A stretch of 32,000 bases of DNA from Phycisphaera mikurensis NBRC 102666 (GTDB lineage: Bacteria > Planctomycetota > Phycisphaerae > Phycisphaerales > Phycisphaeraceae), in NCBI RefSeq assembly GCF_000284115.1, contig NC_017080.1:3450001-3482000 (forward strand), written 5' to 3'. The notes under the pieces were generated by a model that was given only the letters and a program-made list of their open reading frames with translations, made no database searches and was not told where the DNA came from. Each line of letters opens with the position of its first letter. The stretch's first letter is position 1. The position numbers were made by a program, and so were the translations under genes. Below, piece after piece: positions 1 to 9,574 of this stretch.

Positions 1-872
1 TCCAGCCGCGCGAACACGCTGTCGTCGCCCACGCCCGCGGTGCGGCCCAGCAGCAGCGTGGTCCGCCGCCCCCCCTCCTCGATGAGGTCCCACGCCGCCG
101 CGGGCTGGCTGAGCCCGAAGACCGCCGGCCGGGCCGTGGCCGCGCCGCCTTCGAGCAGCTCGCGGGCGTAGAGCCCGTCGGTGAGCTCGCGCATGGTCTC
201 GATCACGCCCGGCCGCACGGGCGCTCCGTCGTCCGCCAGCCGCCACCGGTCCCGGTCTCGCAGCAGCGTCACGGAGGCCCGCTCCCCCTCGCCGCGGAGG
301 GCCATCTCCACGACGGCCCCCAGCGGCGGCAGCGGCACGCGGGGGTCGAACCAGCCCGCGTCGCGGCGGGCGTAGACGAAGGTGTGGAGCCCGTCCGGCA
401 GCGTGATCAGGCGGCCCCGGAGCCGCGCGTCCTCCGACTCTTCGACCTGCGCGAAGCTCCGCCCGCCCGGCATGCTCTCGCCGAGGGCGACGCGGGTGAC
501 GCCGGAGTCGTCCACCACCTCCACCACCGCGCGGGGGGGGTCCAGCGAGGCCTCCCGCGGCGTTGGCCCCTCACCCGGTGCATAGATCTGCTGCGTCACT
601 GCGCCGGCCAGCGTTCGCGTGATCTCCCGCCCGGCGGCCTCGGACAGCGGGAACCACACCGGGCTGACCTGGCTCCAGTAGCCGCCTTCGCGTCGGAAGA
701 CCGTCGCTTCGGCCCCCCGCTCGACGCGGACCGCCAGCGGCGAGGAGCCAAAGAGGGGCTGCCCGGCCGGCGCTCCCGCCCCGGGCACGCTCCCGCCCCC
801 GCGGCTGGCGAGCCAGAGCACGCCGAACGTGGCGAGGGTGACGAGCAGCAGCGCAGGGGTTCGCAGGTTCAT
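1..872 (-). CDS. hypothetical membrane-anchored/secreted protein (partial, 3' end outside window)
   Basis: Manual reverse-complement translation from ATG 872..870 stays open to position 1 (about 290 codons). It is missing from the ORF track because no stop lies in the window. The N-terminus MNLRTPALLLVTLATFGVLWLASRGG looks like a signal anchor, and third-position GC is high. Family not recognisable; a weak DUF4340-like impression from memory only. Confidence 0.5.
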   Translation of the reverse strand, partial: MNLRTPALLLVTLATFGVLWLASRGGGSVPGAGAPAGQPLFGSSPLAVRVERGAEATVFRREGGYWSQVSPVWFPLSEAAGREITRTLAGAVTQQIYAPGEGPTPREASLDPPRAVVEVVDDSGVTRVALGESMPGGRSFAQVEESEDARLRGRLITLPDGLHTFVYARRDAGWFDPRVPLPPLGAVVEMALRGEGERASVTLLRDRDRWRLADDGAPVRPGVIETMRELTDGLYARELLEGGAATARPAVFGLSQPAAAWDLIEEGGRRTTLLLGRTAGVGDDSVFARL

Positions 873-966
873 GGCGGCCACGCAGACCCCGGAGGGGATC
901 CACCCGGGTGCTATCGGTCCGATCCGCCCGCGGCCTGCCGCCGCGGCGGGAGAGGCGCGGCGCGGA

Positions 967-1836
967 TCACCGGCCGTCGGTCAGCACGTCGCAGCCGGTC
1001 TCGGTGACCGCGATCGTGTGTTCGTAGTGCGCCGCCGGGAGCCCGTCTGCGGTCACGACGGTCCAGCCGTCCGCCAGGGTCTGCACGTCGGCCGTTCCCT
1101 GGTTGCACATCGGCTCCACCGCCAGCACCATGCCCGGACGCAGGTCGATGTCGTGGCGGAGCAGGTCGCGGTTCACGAAGTTGGGCACCTTGGGTTCCTG
1201 GTGCATCGTGTCGCCGATCCCGTGACCCACGAAGTCGCGGACGACGCCGTAGCCGCGGGCCTCCGCGTAGCCCTGCATCAACCGGGCGACCTGGCTCCAC
1301 CGGCGGCCGGGCTTGATGTTCTCCACGGCGATGCGCAGCACGTGCTCGGTCTCCTCGCAGAGCCGCCTCGTCGCCGGCGCAACGTCGCCGACGAGGATCG
1401 TTGTCGCCGCGTCACCGCACCACCCGTCGAGGCGGACGCCGCAGTCCACCCCCACGATGTCGCCGTCGCGGATCGGCTCGTCGTTCGCGATCCCGTGCAC
1501 CACCACCTCGTTCACCGAGATGCACAGGTTCGAAGGGAAGCCCTCCCCGGGCACGTAGGTCGGGTAGTGCTTGAAGAGGCCCTCTGCGCCCCGCTCCGCG
1601 ATGAGAGCGCCCGCCGCCTCATCGATCATGCGGGTGGTGTTTCCGGGCTTGGCCATCTCCCGGCACAGGTCGTGGACCTCCACCACCAGCCGCCCCGCCA
1701 CCCGCATCTTCTCGATCTGCTCTCGCGTCTTCAGCTGGATCCCCGCGTTCCCCCCGCGCGTGGACCCGCTGGCCTTGGGCTTCTTCGCCTTCGGCCGCTT
1801 CGCCAGCAACCCTCGTCGCCCACGCTTAGCGGCCAC
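967..1836 (-). CDS. map: methionine aminopeptidase type I with basic N-terminal extension
   Basis: 289-aa ORF with MetAP motifs (IQLKTREQIEKMR, VVHGIAN, GDIVGVDCG, FVGHGIG, MVLAVEP, AHYEHTI). The start is GTG at 1836, preceded by GGAGG 5 nt upstream. Position after secY is canonical. Confidence 0.93.
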   Translation of the reverse strand: MAAKRGRRGLLAKRPKAKKPKASGSTRGGNAGIQLKTREQIEKMRVAGRLVVEVHDLCREMAKPGNTTRMIDEAAGALIAERGAEGLFKHYPTYVPGEGFPSNLCISVNEVVVHGIANDEPIRDGDIVGVDCGVRLDGWCGDAATTILVGDVAPATRRLCEETEHVLRIAVENIKPGRRWSQVARLMQGYAEARGYGVVRDFVGHGIGDTMHQEPKVPNFVNRDLLRHDIDLRPGMVLAVEPMCNQGTADVQTLADGWTVVTADGLPAAHYEHTIAVTETGCDVLTDGR

Positions 1837-2120
1837 GGGAACCTCCGGAGCTCAGCGGGATGGGGAGCCGCGAACAAGCCGTGGATGCACGCGGATGAAG
1901 AGGGACACGAAACCCGTGGCGATGCCACAAGGCGTACGCGGGCGCAGCGGCAGCGGGCCTGGAAGAACCAGCACGTCGCAGAAGCAAAGCGGAAGCCACC
2001 ATGGCAGAGCAAGTCGAAGAGCCGGATCGTCGAGAAAGCACCTGGATCCGCACGCTCATCGGGGTCCATCCGCGTTCATCTGCGGCTCGGCCGCATGCTC
2101 CCCGGGCATGCACCGCCGCC

Positions 2121-3587
<1,467 letters not shown>

Positions 3588-3752
3588 GCCGCCGCGGAAT
3601 GAGAGGGATGCCCGGACACCGGTCCGGGCGGGCGGGCGGATCCTAGGGAACCGCCGGGGCCACCGTTCGGGTTCGGGACCACGGGGCGCGGGTCGCGGCC
3701 GTGCGGCGAGAGGGAGAAGCCTGGCTCGCCCCCCGACCGCGGCCCGAGGGCA

Positions 3753-4265
3753 TCAGCCCGCGGCGGGGTCTGCGGGCTGGTCCTTCGCGGCCTTCTTGAC
3801 GCCCTTGGGCCGGCGGGCACCGACTTCCGCGGCCTCGGTGACCGAGCCGCCGGCCGCGGTGATCTTCTCCCGGGCGCTGGCGCTGACCGCGGCGACGGCG
3901 AGCGTGAGCGGCTTGGTGACGTCACCGAAGCCGAGCACCTTGACGTCGCTCTTCACCGAGCGGACCAGGCCCTTGGCGGCGAGCAGCTCCGGCGTCACCG
4001 TCGTGCCCGCATCGAAAGCCTCCAGCGACTTGAGGTTCACCACCTCGAAATCGCGCCGGAAGTTGGCGTTGGAGAACCCCCGCTTCGGGAAGCGTCGGTA
4101 GAAGGGGATGCCGCCGCCCTCGTGGTGGCCGCTGCTGCCCGAGCGGCTGCTCATGCCCTTGTGGCCGCGGCCGGAGGTCTTGCCGTGCCCGGATCCGGGG
4201 CCGCGGCCGATGCGCTTGCGGCGCTTGTGGGCGCCCGCGTGGGGCGTGATCTCGTGAATCATCAT
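3753..4265 (-). CDS. rplO: 50S ribosomal protein L15
   Basis: The ORF track gives 3753..4484. I trimmed it to ATG 4265 (MMIHEITPHAGAHKRRKRIGRGPGSGHGKTSGRGHKG), which is the canonical L15 N-terminus. The upstream part of the ORF is Pro/Arg-rich junk. Confidence 0.9.
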   Translation of the reverse strand: MMIHEITPHAGAHKRRKRIGRGPGSGHGKTSGRGHKGMSSRSGSSGHHEGGGIPFYRRFPKRGFSNANFRRDFEVVNLKSLEAFDAGTTVTPELLAAKGLVRSVKSDVKVLGFGDVTKPLTLAVAAVSASAREKITAAGGSVTEAAEVGARRPKGVKKAAKDQPADPAAG

Positions 4266-4407
4266 GGCGGGTCTCGCTCTTCGGGGGGCGGCGTAGCCGC
4301 CGGGTGTTCTGGGGGAGAGGGCCGCCCGACCCGATCGAACGGGCTCGGCGGCGGATTCGGAGGATAACCGGTGCGACGACCGGAGCGGACGCCCGGGCCG
4401 CTCCCGG

Positions 4408-5358
4408 TCAGGCCTTGCCTTCTTCGGTCTCGGCGTCCCGGGGCACGTCCGCGGCGTCGGGCGTCGCGGGGGCGGCGGCCGCACCGACGTCGTCGCCGTC
4501 GGTGGTCTCGGGCTTGTCGCCCGCGGTGTCGGAGCCGCCGGTCACCGCGCCAAGCACCGCGCCGACCGCCCCGCCGGCGACGCTCGCGACCGCGCCCGCG
4601 GCACCGGCGACCGATCCGGCGATGCCGGTGGCCACGTTGCCCTCGCCGTCGGCGGTCTGGGCGTCCTTGTCCGCGTCGGGCTTCGGAGCCGCGGGTCCGC
4701 CGGCGTTGCCGCCACGCCCGCCGCCGGGGCCGCCGCGGCCGCCGCGGCCGCGGGTCTTCTTCGCGTCCTCGTCCTTCTGGTTCGTCGGGCCCTTGGCTTT
4801 CTTCTTGGGGCCGGCGTCGCCCTCCTCGGTCATGTACCGCTTGTTGGCCTCCAGAGCCTCGTCCACGGTCGACTTCTCGATCTCGACGCCGCGGAGCTTC
4901 GCGATCTCCTCGCGGGTGCGCAGCTGGTCGAGCGCGTCCATCACGGCGCGGCACAGGTTGATCTTGTTGGTCGAGCCGTACGCCTTGGTGAGGCAGTCAC
5001 GCACGCCCGCCATCTCCAGGACGGCGCGGACCGTGCCGCCGGCGATGACGCCGGTGCCGGGCGCCGCGGGGATCAGCTTCACCGTGGAGGCGCAGCTGCG
5101 GCCGATGACCTCGTGCGGCACCGTCGCCCCGAGCCGCTTGATGGCGACCATCTCCTTGCGTGCGACCTTCTGCGCCTTCTCGATGCCCACCGGCACGCCG
5201 CGGCCCTTGCCGTAGCCGATGCCGACCTTGCCGTCGCGGTTGCCCACGACGACGAGCGCGGAGAACGACAGCCGGCGGCCGCCTTTGACCGTGGTCGATG
5301 TGCGGTTGATCGCGACCGTGGTGGATTCGAGCTGGTTTCCGTCGAGGGTTTCGGCCAT
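4408..5358 (-). CDS. rpsE: 30S ribosomal protein S5 with ~150-aa low-complexity C-terminal extension
   Basis: The first ~165 aa are canonical S5 (GRRLSFSALVVVGNRDGKVGIGYGKG, GTGVIAGGTVRAVLEMAGV). The frame then continues with high GC3 through a K-rich segment, an RGG segment and a G/A/V-rich segment to the stop at 4408. Confidence 0.88.
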   Translation of the reverse strand: MAETLDGNQLESTTVAINRTSTTVKGGRRLSFSALVVVGNRDGKVGIGYGKGRGVPVGIEKAQKVARKEMVAIKRLGATVPHEVIGRSCASTVKLIPAAPGTGVIAGGTVRAVLEMAGVRDCLTKAYGSTNKINLCRAVMDALDQLRTREEIAKLRGVEIEKSTVDEALEANKRYMTEEGDAGPKKKAKGPTNQKDEDAKKTRGRGGRGGPGGGRGGNAGGPAAPKPDADKDAQTADGEGNVATGIAGSVAGAAGAVASVAGGAVGAVLGAVTGGSDTAGDKPETTDGDDVGAAAAPATPDAADVPRDAETEEGKA

Positions 5359-5536
5359 GGTGTGGGCTCAGCGTGGGGGAACAGGGGGCTCGCGGGAGCG
5401 AGACGGTCGCGGGGAGCGACATCAGCGGCCCGTGGGCCGGACGAACGCCGCCGCGGCCCATTGCGACCGCGGCGGTAGGGGAAGTTCGGGGAAGAGGGGA
5501 AGGAACGCGGCTCTTTTTTCGACCCGCCTCCGGCGG

Positions 5537-5893
5537 TCAGAAAGAAAGCCCGCCCTCGCGGGCGGCGTCGGCGAGGGCCTTGACGCGGCCGTGGAAGCGG
5601 AAGCCGTTGCGGTCGAAGGCCACGGCTTCGATGCCGGCCTCCTTCGCGGCCGCCGCGACCTTGTTCCCGATCTGCTTGGCCGCCTCGACGGTCGCGCCGT
5701 TGTCCAGCTTCGCGGCCACGCTGCTGGCCGAGGCCAGCGTCTTGCCGGTGCTGTCGTCGATGACCTGGGCGTACACGTGCTTGCTGGAGCGGAACACGGT
5801 GAGCCGGGGCTGGTCCGCGGTGCCGTAGAGGCGCTTGCGGATGCCGGCCTTGCGGCGGGTTCGGCGGGTGTTCTTGAGTCGGGAGGCCTGCAT
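5537..5893 (-). CDS. rplR: 50S ribosomal protein L18
   Basis: 118 aa; [18 protein letters not shown] and [26 protein letters not shown] are L18 hallmarks. Synteny between rplF and rpsE. Confidence 0.93.
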   Translation of the reverse strand: MQASRLKNTRRTRRKAGIRKRLYGTADQPRLTVFRSSKHVYAQVIDDSTGKTLASASSVAAKLDNGATVEAAKQIGNKVAAAAKEAGIEAVAFDRNGFRFHGRVKALADAAREGGLSF

Positions 5894-5995
5894 GGCGATC
5901 GTCGGTTTCTTGGGTCGCGGCCGGAACGACGGCGTGTTCCGGTCGGGGTGGAGGTTCTGCGGGGGCGGCGGAGCGGCGGGGCCGGCCGAAGGTGC

Positions 5996-6535
5996 TTACT
6001 TCGCGAAAGCCTTGCCCTGCTTCCGCAGGATGACCTCGTCGATGTAGCGGATGCCCTTGCCGTTGTAGGGCTCGGGCTTGCGCTCGGCACGGATGGCCGC
6101 GGCGGTCTGGCCGACCAGCTGCTTGTCGGAGCCGGAGACCCGGATCCGCACGCCGTTGACCTCGCAGGTCACGCCGTCGGGGATCTTCACCGAGCGGGTG
6201 TCGGCGAAGCCGACCTTGAGGTCGATCTGCTTCGGCCCCTTCATGGCGGCGACGTAGCCAACGCCGGAGACCTCCAGCTCCTTGACGAAGCCCTTGGTCA
6301 CGCCCTCGATCATGTTCTGGATCAGGGAGCGGGTGAGGCCGTGGAACGCCCGGGCGGCCTTGTTGTCGCCGTGGCGGGTCACCACGACGTTGTCGTCCTC
6401 GAGCTTCACCTCCACCTCGGGACGGTGAGAGAACGCGAGCGAGCCGAGCTTGCCGGAGACGGAGATCTTGCGGCCCTGGATGTCGACCTTGGCGCCGTCG
6501 GTGACGGGCACGGGGGTTTTTCCGATACGCGACAT
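5996..6535 (-). CDS. rplF: 50S ribosomal protein L6
   Basis: 179 aa; MSRIGKTPVPV..., two-domain L6 pattern, PEPYNGKGIRY motif. Synteny. Confidence 0.93.
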   Translation of the reverse strand: MSRIGKTPVPVTDGAKVDIQGRKISVSGKLGSLAFSHRPEVEVKLEDDNVVVTRHGDNKAARAFHGLTRSLIQNMIEGVTKGFVKELEVSGVGYVAAMKGPKQIDLKVGFADTRSVKIPDGVTCEVNGVRIRVSGSDKQLVGQTAAAIRAERKPEPYNGKGIRYIDEVILRKQGKAFAK

Positions 6536-6596
6536 GGCGGTTCTTTCGGTTTCCCGCTTCGCGGGGAGGAGGCCGCGGACGGCCGGGGTTTTGGGG

Positions 6597-6620
6597 AAAA
6601 AACGCCCGCGGTCCGCGGGC
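6597..6620 (-). terminator. intrinsic-terminator-like hairpin plus U-tract between rpsH and rplF
   Basis: Minus-sense GCCCGCGG-A-CCGCGGGC, then G and TTTTTT, beginning 13 nt after the rpsH stop. Confidence 0.4.
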
Positions 6621-6632
6621 GGAGGGCCAGGC

Positions 6633-7040
6633 TCACTCGACCGTGCAGATCAGCTCGCCGCCGACGTTCTTCTCGCGGCACTGCCGGTCGGACAGCACGC
6701 CGACGGGGGTCGTCAGGATGGCGACACCGAGGCCGGCCAGCGGCCGGGGGAGGTCCTTCACCTTCGTGTACACGCGGCAGCCCGGCTTGCTCGCGCGCTT
6801 CAGCTTGTGGAACAGCTTCTCGCCGAAGGGGCCGTACTTGAGCGTCACGCGGAGCACGCCCAGGCCACCGAACTGCTCGCCGGCCAGCACCTCCGAGGAA
6901 GTGATGTAGCCCTCGTGCTCGAGCGCGGCGGCGATGCCGCGGCAGACGCGGGAGTTGCGGCAGTCGACACGCTCGGCACCGTTGGCCGAGGCGTTGCGGA
7001 TCCGCGTGAGCATGTCGGCGATGGGGTCGCTGAGGGCCAT
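6633..7040 (-). CDS. rpsH: 30S ribosomal protein S8
   Basis: 135 aa; MALSDPIADMLTRIRNA N-terminus and C-terminal GGELICTVE-type end. Synteny. Confidence 0.94.
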   Translation of the reverse strand: MALSDPIADMLTRIRNASANGAERVDCRNSRVCRGIAAALEHEGYITSSEVLAGEQFGGLGVLRVTLKYGPFGEKLFHKLKRASKPGCRVYTKVKDLPRPLAGLGVAILTTPVGVLSDRQCREKNVGGELICTVE

Positions 7041-7174
7041 GGGGGTGTTTCCGGGCCCCGCTTCGCGGGGCGGTTCCGGCGGCGTGCCGGAGGGTCAATC
7101 AAGAGGAAGCGAGCGATGGGTCGCTCGGTTGTGCGCGGGGCACGGCGTCGGGGCGGGCGCCTGCCGCGGGAGGA

Positions 7175-7441
7175 TCACCAGGAAGCCTTCTTCATCCCGG
7201 GGATCTTGCCCTGGAGGGCGAGCTCGCGGAGAACGATGCGGCTGACGTTGAACTTGCGGTAGACGGCGCGGGTCCGGCCGGTGATGGCGCACTGCGTGAC
7301 CAGCCGTGTCGGGCTCGCGTCCCGCGGGAGCTGCGAGAGCGCGGCGTAGTCGCCGGCCTTCTTCAGCTCGCGGCGCTTCTCCGCGTACTTGTCGACGGTC
7401 TTCTGGATCCGGTCCATCCGGGTCTTGGTGGATTTGGGCAT
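7175..7441 (-). CDS. rpsN: 30S ribosomal protein S14 (long, non-zinc form)
   Basis: 88 aa ending [15 protein letters not shown]. It has only one Cys, so no CxxC zinc ribbon. Synteny between rplE and rpsH. Confidence 0.9.
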   Translation of the reverse strand: MPKSTKTRMDRIQKTVDKYAEKRRELKKAGDYAALSQLPRDASPTRLVTQCAITGRTRAVYRKFNVSRIVLRELALQGKIPGMKKASW

Positions 7442-7550
7442 GGTGGGGTCTCCGGCTGCGCCGGCGATGGGGTTTCCGGCTTCGCCAGAGGGTGGGGGGA
7501 TCCCGCGGCGCGGGGAGAGAGGTTACCGGATCCACCGGCAACCGTCAGGG

Positions 7551-8162
7551 TCAGGCGGCGCTCCGCTTCTCGTCCTTCTTGACGAAGGGGAAGCCGAGGC
7601 CGGTCATGGCCGACCGGCTCAGCTCGTCGGTGGAGTTGCTCCAAACGAGCGTGACGTTCATGCCGAAGGTGTGCTGGGCGGAGGTCATGTCGACCTCGGG
7701 GAAGATGCCCTGCTCCTGGAGGCCGAAGCTGAAGTTGCCCCGGCCGTCGAAGCTCTTGTCCTTGATGCCGCGGAAGTCCTTGATCCGCGGGATGGCCAGG
7801 CTCACGAGGCGGTCGTAGAACTCCCACATGCGGTCCCCGCGGAGCGTGACGCGAGCGTGCGTCTCGTAGCCCTCGCGGACCTTGAAGTTGGCCACGCTCT
7901 TCTTCGCGGCGACGGCGACGGCCTTCTGACCGGCGATCTTCGCGAGGTCGCTGAGGACCTGCTCCTTGACGGCCGCCTTCACCTTCGTGCCGTCGAGGTG
8001 CTTGCCCATGCCGGAGGTCAGCACGATCTTCTGCAGGCGCGGGAGCGCCTGGCGGTTCCGGGTGCCCGCGGCTTCGGAGAGGCGCGGGAGCACCTCCTCC
8101 TCGAATCGCTGCTTCATCCGCGGGGTCGCGGCGGGGGCCTGGTTGTCGGTGGCGTCGGCCAT
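7551..8162 (-). CDS. rplE: 50S ribosomal protein L5
   Basis: L5 body (NFSFGLQEQGIFPEV, GMNVTLV). The ORF track starts at GTG 8174. ATG 8162 (ACCCACC-ATG context, as in neighbouring genes) is preferred, and ATG 8117 (MKQRFEEEVLPRL) is an alternative. Confidence 0.9.
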   Translation of the reverse strand: MADATDNQAPAATPRMKQRFEEEVLPRLSEAAGTRNRQALPRLQKIVLTSGMGKHLDGTKVKAAVKEQVLSDLAKIAGQKAVAVAAKKSVANFKVREGYETHARVTLRGDRMWEFYDRLVSLAIPRIKDFRGIKDKSFDGRGNFSFGLQEQGIFPEVDMTSAQHTFGMNVTLVWSNSTDELSRSAMTGLGFPFVKKDEKRSAA

Positions 8163-8259
8163 GGTGGGTTGCACTTGGGGCGGGGGATCGGGGGGTGGGG
8201 GCGGGTCGACCGCCGGAGCTTGGAGCGGCGCCGCGGCGGTGCTGCTCCGGGCTGCGGTC

Positions 8260-8610
8260 TCAGTCGCGGCTCTTCTTGAGTTCCGGGCCCAGCACGTCGC
8301 CGGTGGTCGCCGCGACGCGGACCTTCGAGCCGTCGTCGCGGGTCTGGTAGCGGACGCGGGTGGGCTTGCCGTTGGCGTCGACCGGGCTCACGTTGGAGAT
8401 GTGGATGGACACCTCGGTGTTGATCGTGCCGCCCTGCGGGTTGCTCTGCGTGGCGCGGACCCGCTTGGTCCGCAGGTTGACGCCCTCGACCAGCACCCGC
8501 TCGTCGTTGGGGCGGTCGCTCGTGAGGACCTTCAGAACGGTGCCGGTCTGGCCCTTGGAGGAGCCGGAGAGGACCTTGACGGTGTCACCTTTGCGGACGT
8601 GGCGCTTCAT
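8260..8610 (-). CDS. rplX: 50S ribosomal protein L24
   Basis: 116 aa; KGDTVKVLSGSSKGQTGTVLKV KOW motif. Synteny. Confidence 0.92.
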   Translation of the reverse strand: MKRHVRKGDTVKVLSGSSKGQTGTVLKVLTSDRPNDERVLVEGVNLRTKRVRATQSNPQGGTINTEVSIHISNVSPVDANGKPTRVRYQTRDDGSKVRVAATTGDVLGPELKKSRD

Positions 8611-8694
8611 GGGGATTCCGCTTCGCGGGTGGTGGATCAGGAGGGGTTGGGGGGAAGAGCCGCTCGGAGCGGCGGTGTCGCGGGCGGCGAGGAT

Positions 8695-9081
8695 TCAGAC
8701 GACCTCGGAGGCGAGGCTGACGATCTTCATGAACCGCTTCTCCCGGAGTTCGCGGGCCACGGCCCCGAAGATCCGGGTGCCGCGGGGGTTGCCCTCGTCG
8801 GTGATGAGGACGATCGCATTGGAGTCGAACTTCACCAGCGAGCCGTCGTTGCGGCGCACCGGGTAGCGGGTCCGCACCACGACGCCCTTGACGATCGTGC
8901 CCGTCTTCAGGTCGCTGCCCGGCAGCGACTTCTTCACGGAGCAGACGACGGTGTCGCCGACCGTGGCCGTCGGGCGGCTGAACTTGCCGCGTGCCGTGGA
9001 GGCACCGAGCACCCGGATCACGTACGCGATCTTGGCGCCGCTGTTGTCGGCAACATCAACTCGGGATTCCTGCTGGATCAT
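8695..9081 (-). CDS. rplN: 50S ribosomal protein L14
   Basis: 128 aa; [18 protein letters not shown]-terminus and [10 protein letters not shown] motif. Confidence 0.95.
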   Translation of the reverse strand: MIQQESRVDVADNSGAKIAYVIRVLGASTARGKFSRPTATVGDTVVCSVKKSLPGSDLKTGTIVKGVVVRTRYPVRRNDGSLVKFDSNAIVLITDEGNPRGTRIFGAVARELREKRFMKIVSLASEVV

Positions 9082-9186
9082 CTCGGTTGGCTCCCGGTGG
9101 AGAGCCCTTTCATTCGGGGTGGGTGCGGCCGGAACCGCGGGAAGGCGAGGCGCGAGCGTTGGCCCGCGGGACGCCGGATCGGCGGC

Positions 9187-9534
9187 TCAGCCGCCGCTGG
9201 TCTCGTCGGCCGGGGCCGTGCCCGCCGCGACGTCGTCGGAGACGAAGGCGTCGACGGCCATCGGGGCGGCCTCGACCACGCGGACCAGGCGGTGGCTCTT
9301 GGTCTTGGACAGCGGGCGGCAGGAGCCGATCTCCACGCGGTCGCCCTCCTTCAGCTCGTTCTTGCCGTCGTGGACCTGGAACTTCTGCGCCTTCTTGATG
9401 TACTTGCCGTACTTGGGGTGCTGCACCTTGAACTCGACGACCACCGTGGCGGTCTTGTCGCGCTTCACCGAGGTGACGACACCGACGCGGGTGCCCAGGA
9501 GCGGGCGGGTGCTGGTGGGGGTGGACTGGCTCAT
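9187..9534 (-). CDS. rpsQ: 30S ribosomal protein S17 (with acidic C-terminal tail)
   Basis: 115 aa; GVVTSVKRDKTATVVVEFKVQHPKYGKYIKK and RPLSKTKSHRLV are S17 motifs. Confidence 0.92.
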   Translation of the reverse strand: MSQSTPTSTRPLLGTRVGVVTSVKRDKTATVVVEFKVQHPKYGKYIKKAQKFQVHDGKNELKEGDRVEIGSCRPLSKTKSHRLVRVVEAAPMAVDAFVSDDVAAGTAPADETSGG

Positions 9535-9574
9535 GATGGCAGCGCCGAAGGTGGCGATCGGGAGGTTCTGGGGA

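Noticed and set aside
3753-4484. N-terminally extended versions of r-protein ORFs as given by the track (rplO 243 aa, rpsC 279 aa, rplV 139 aa, rpmC inside a 254-aa ORF, rpsJ 117 aa)
   Set aside because: The extensions are Pro/Arg-rich and precede internal start codons that reproduce the canonical conserved N-termini. The genes were trimmed accordingly.
5500-5536. Hairpin CCGCC-GGA-GGCGG after the rplR stop as an intrinsic terminator
   Set aside because: On the transcribed (minus) strand it is followed by an A-run, not a U-run. On the plus strand the T-run precedes the stem. Neither orientation fits a terminator.
6583-6602. GGGGTTTTGGGGAAAAAA (Oxytricha-telomere-like G4T4G4 string) as a G-quadruplex element
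   Set aside because: It has only two G-runs. The string is better explained as the complement of the U-tract and flanking sequence of the terminator-like element on the coding (minus) strand.
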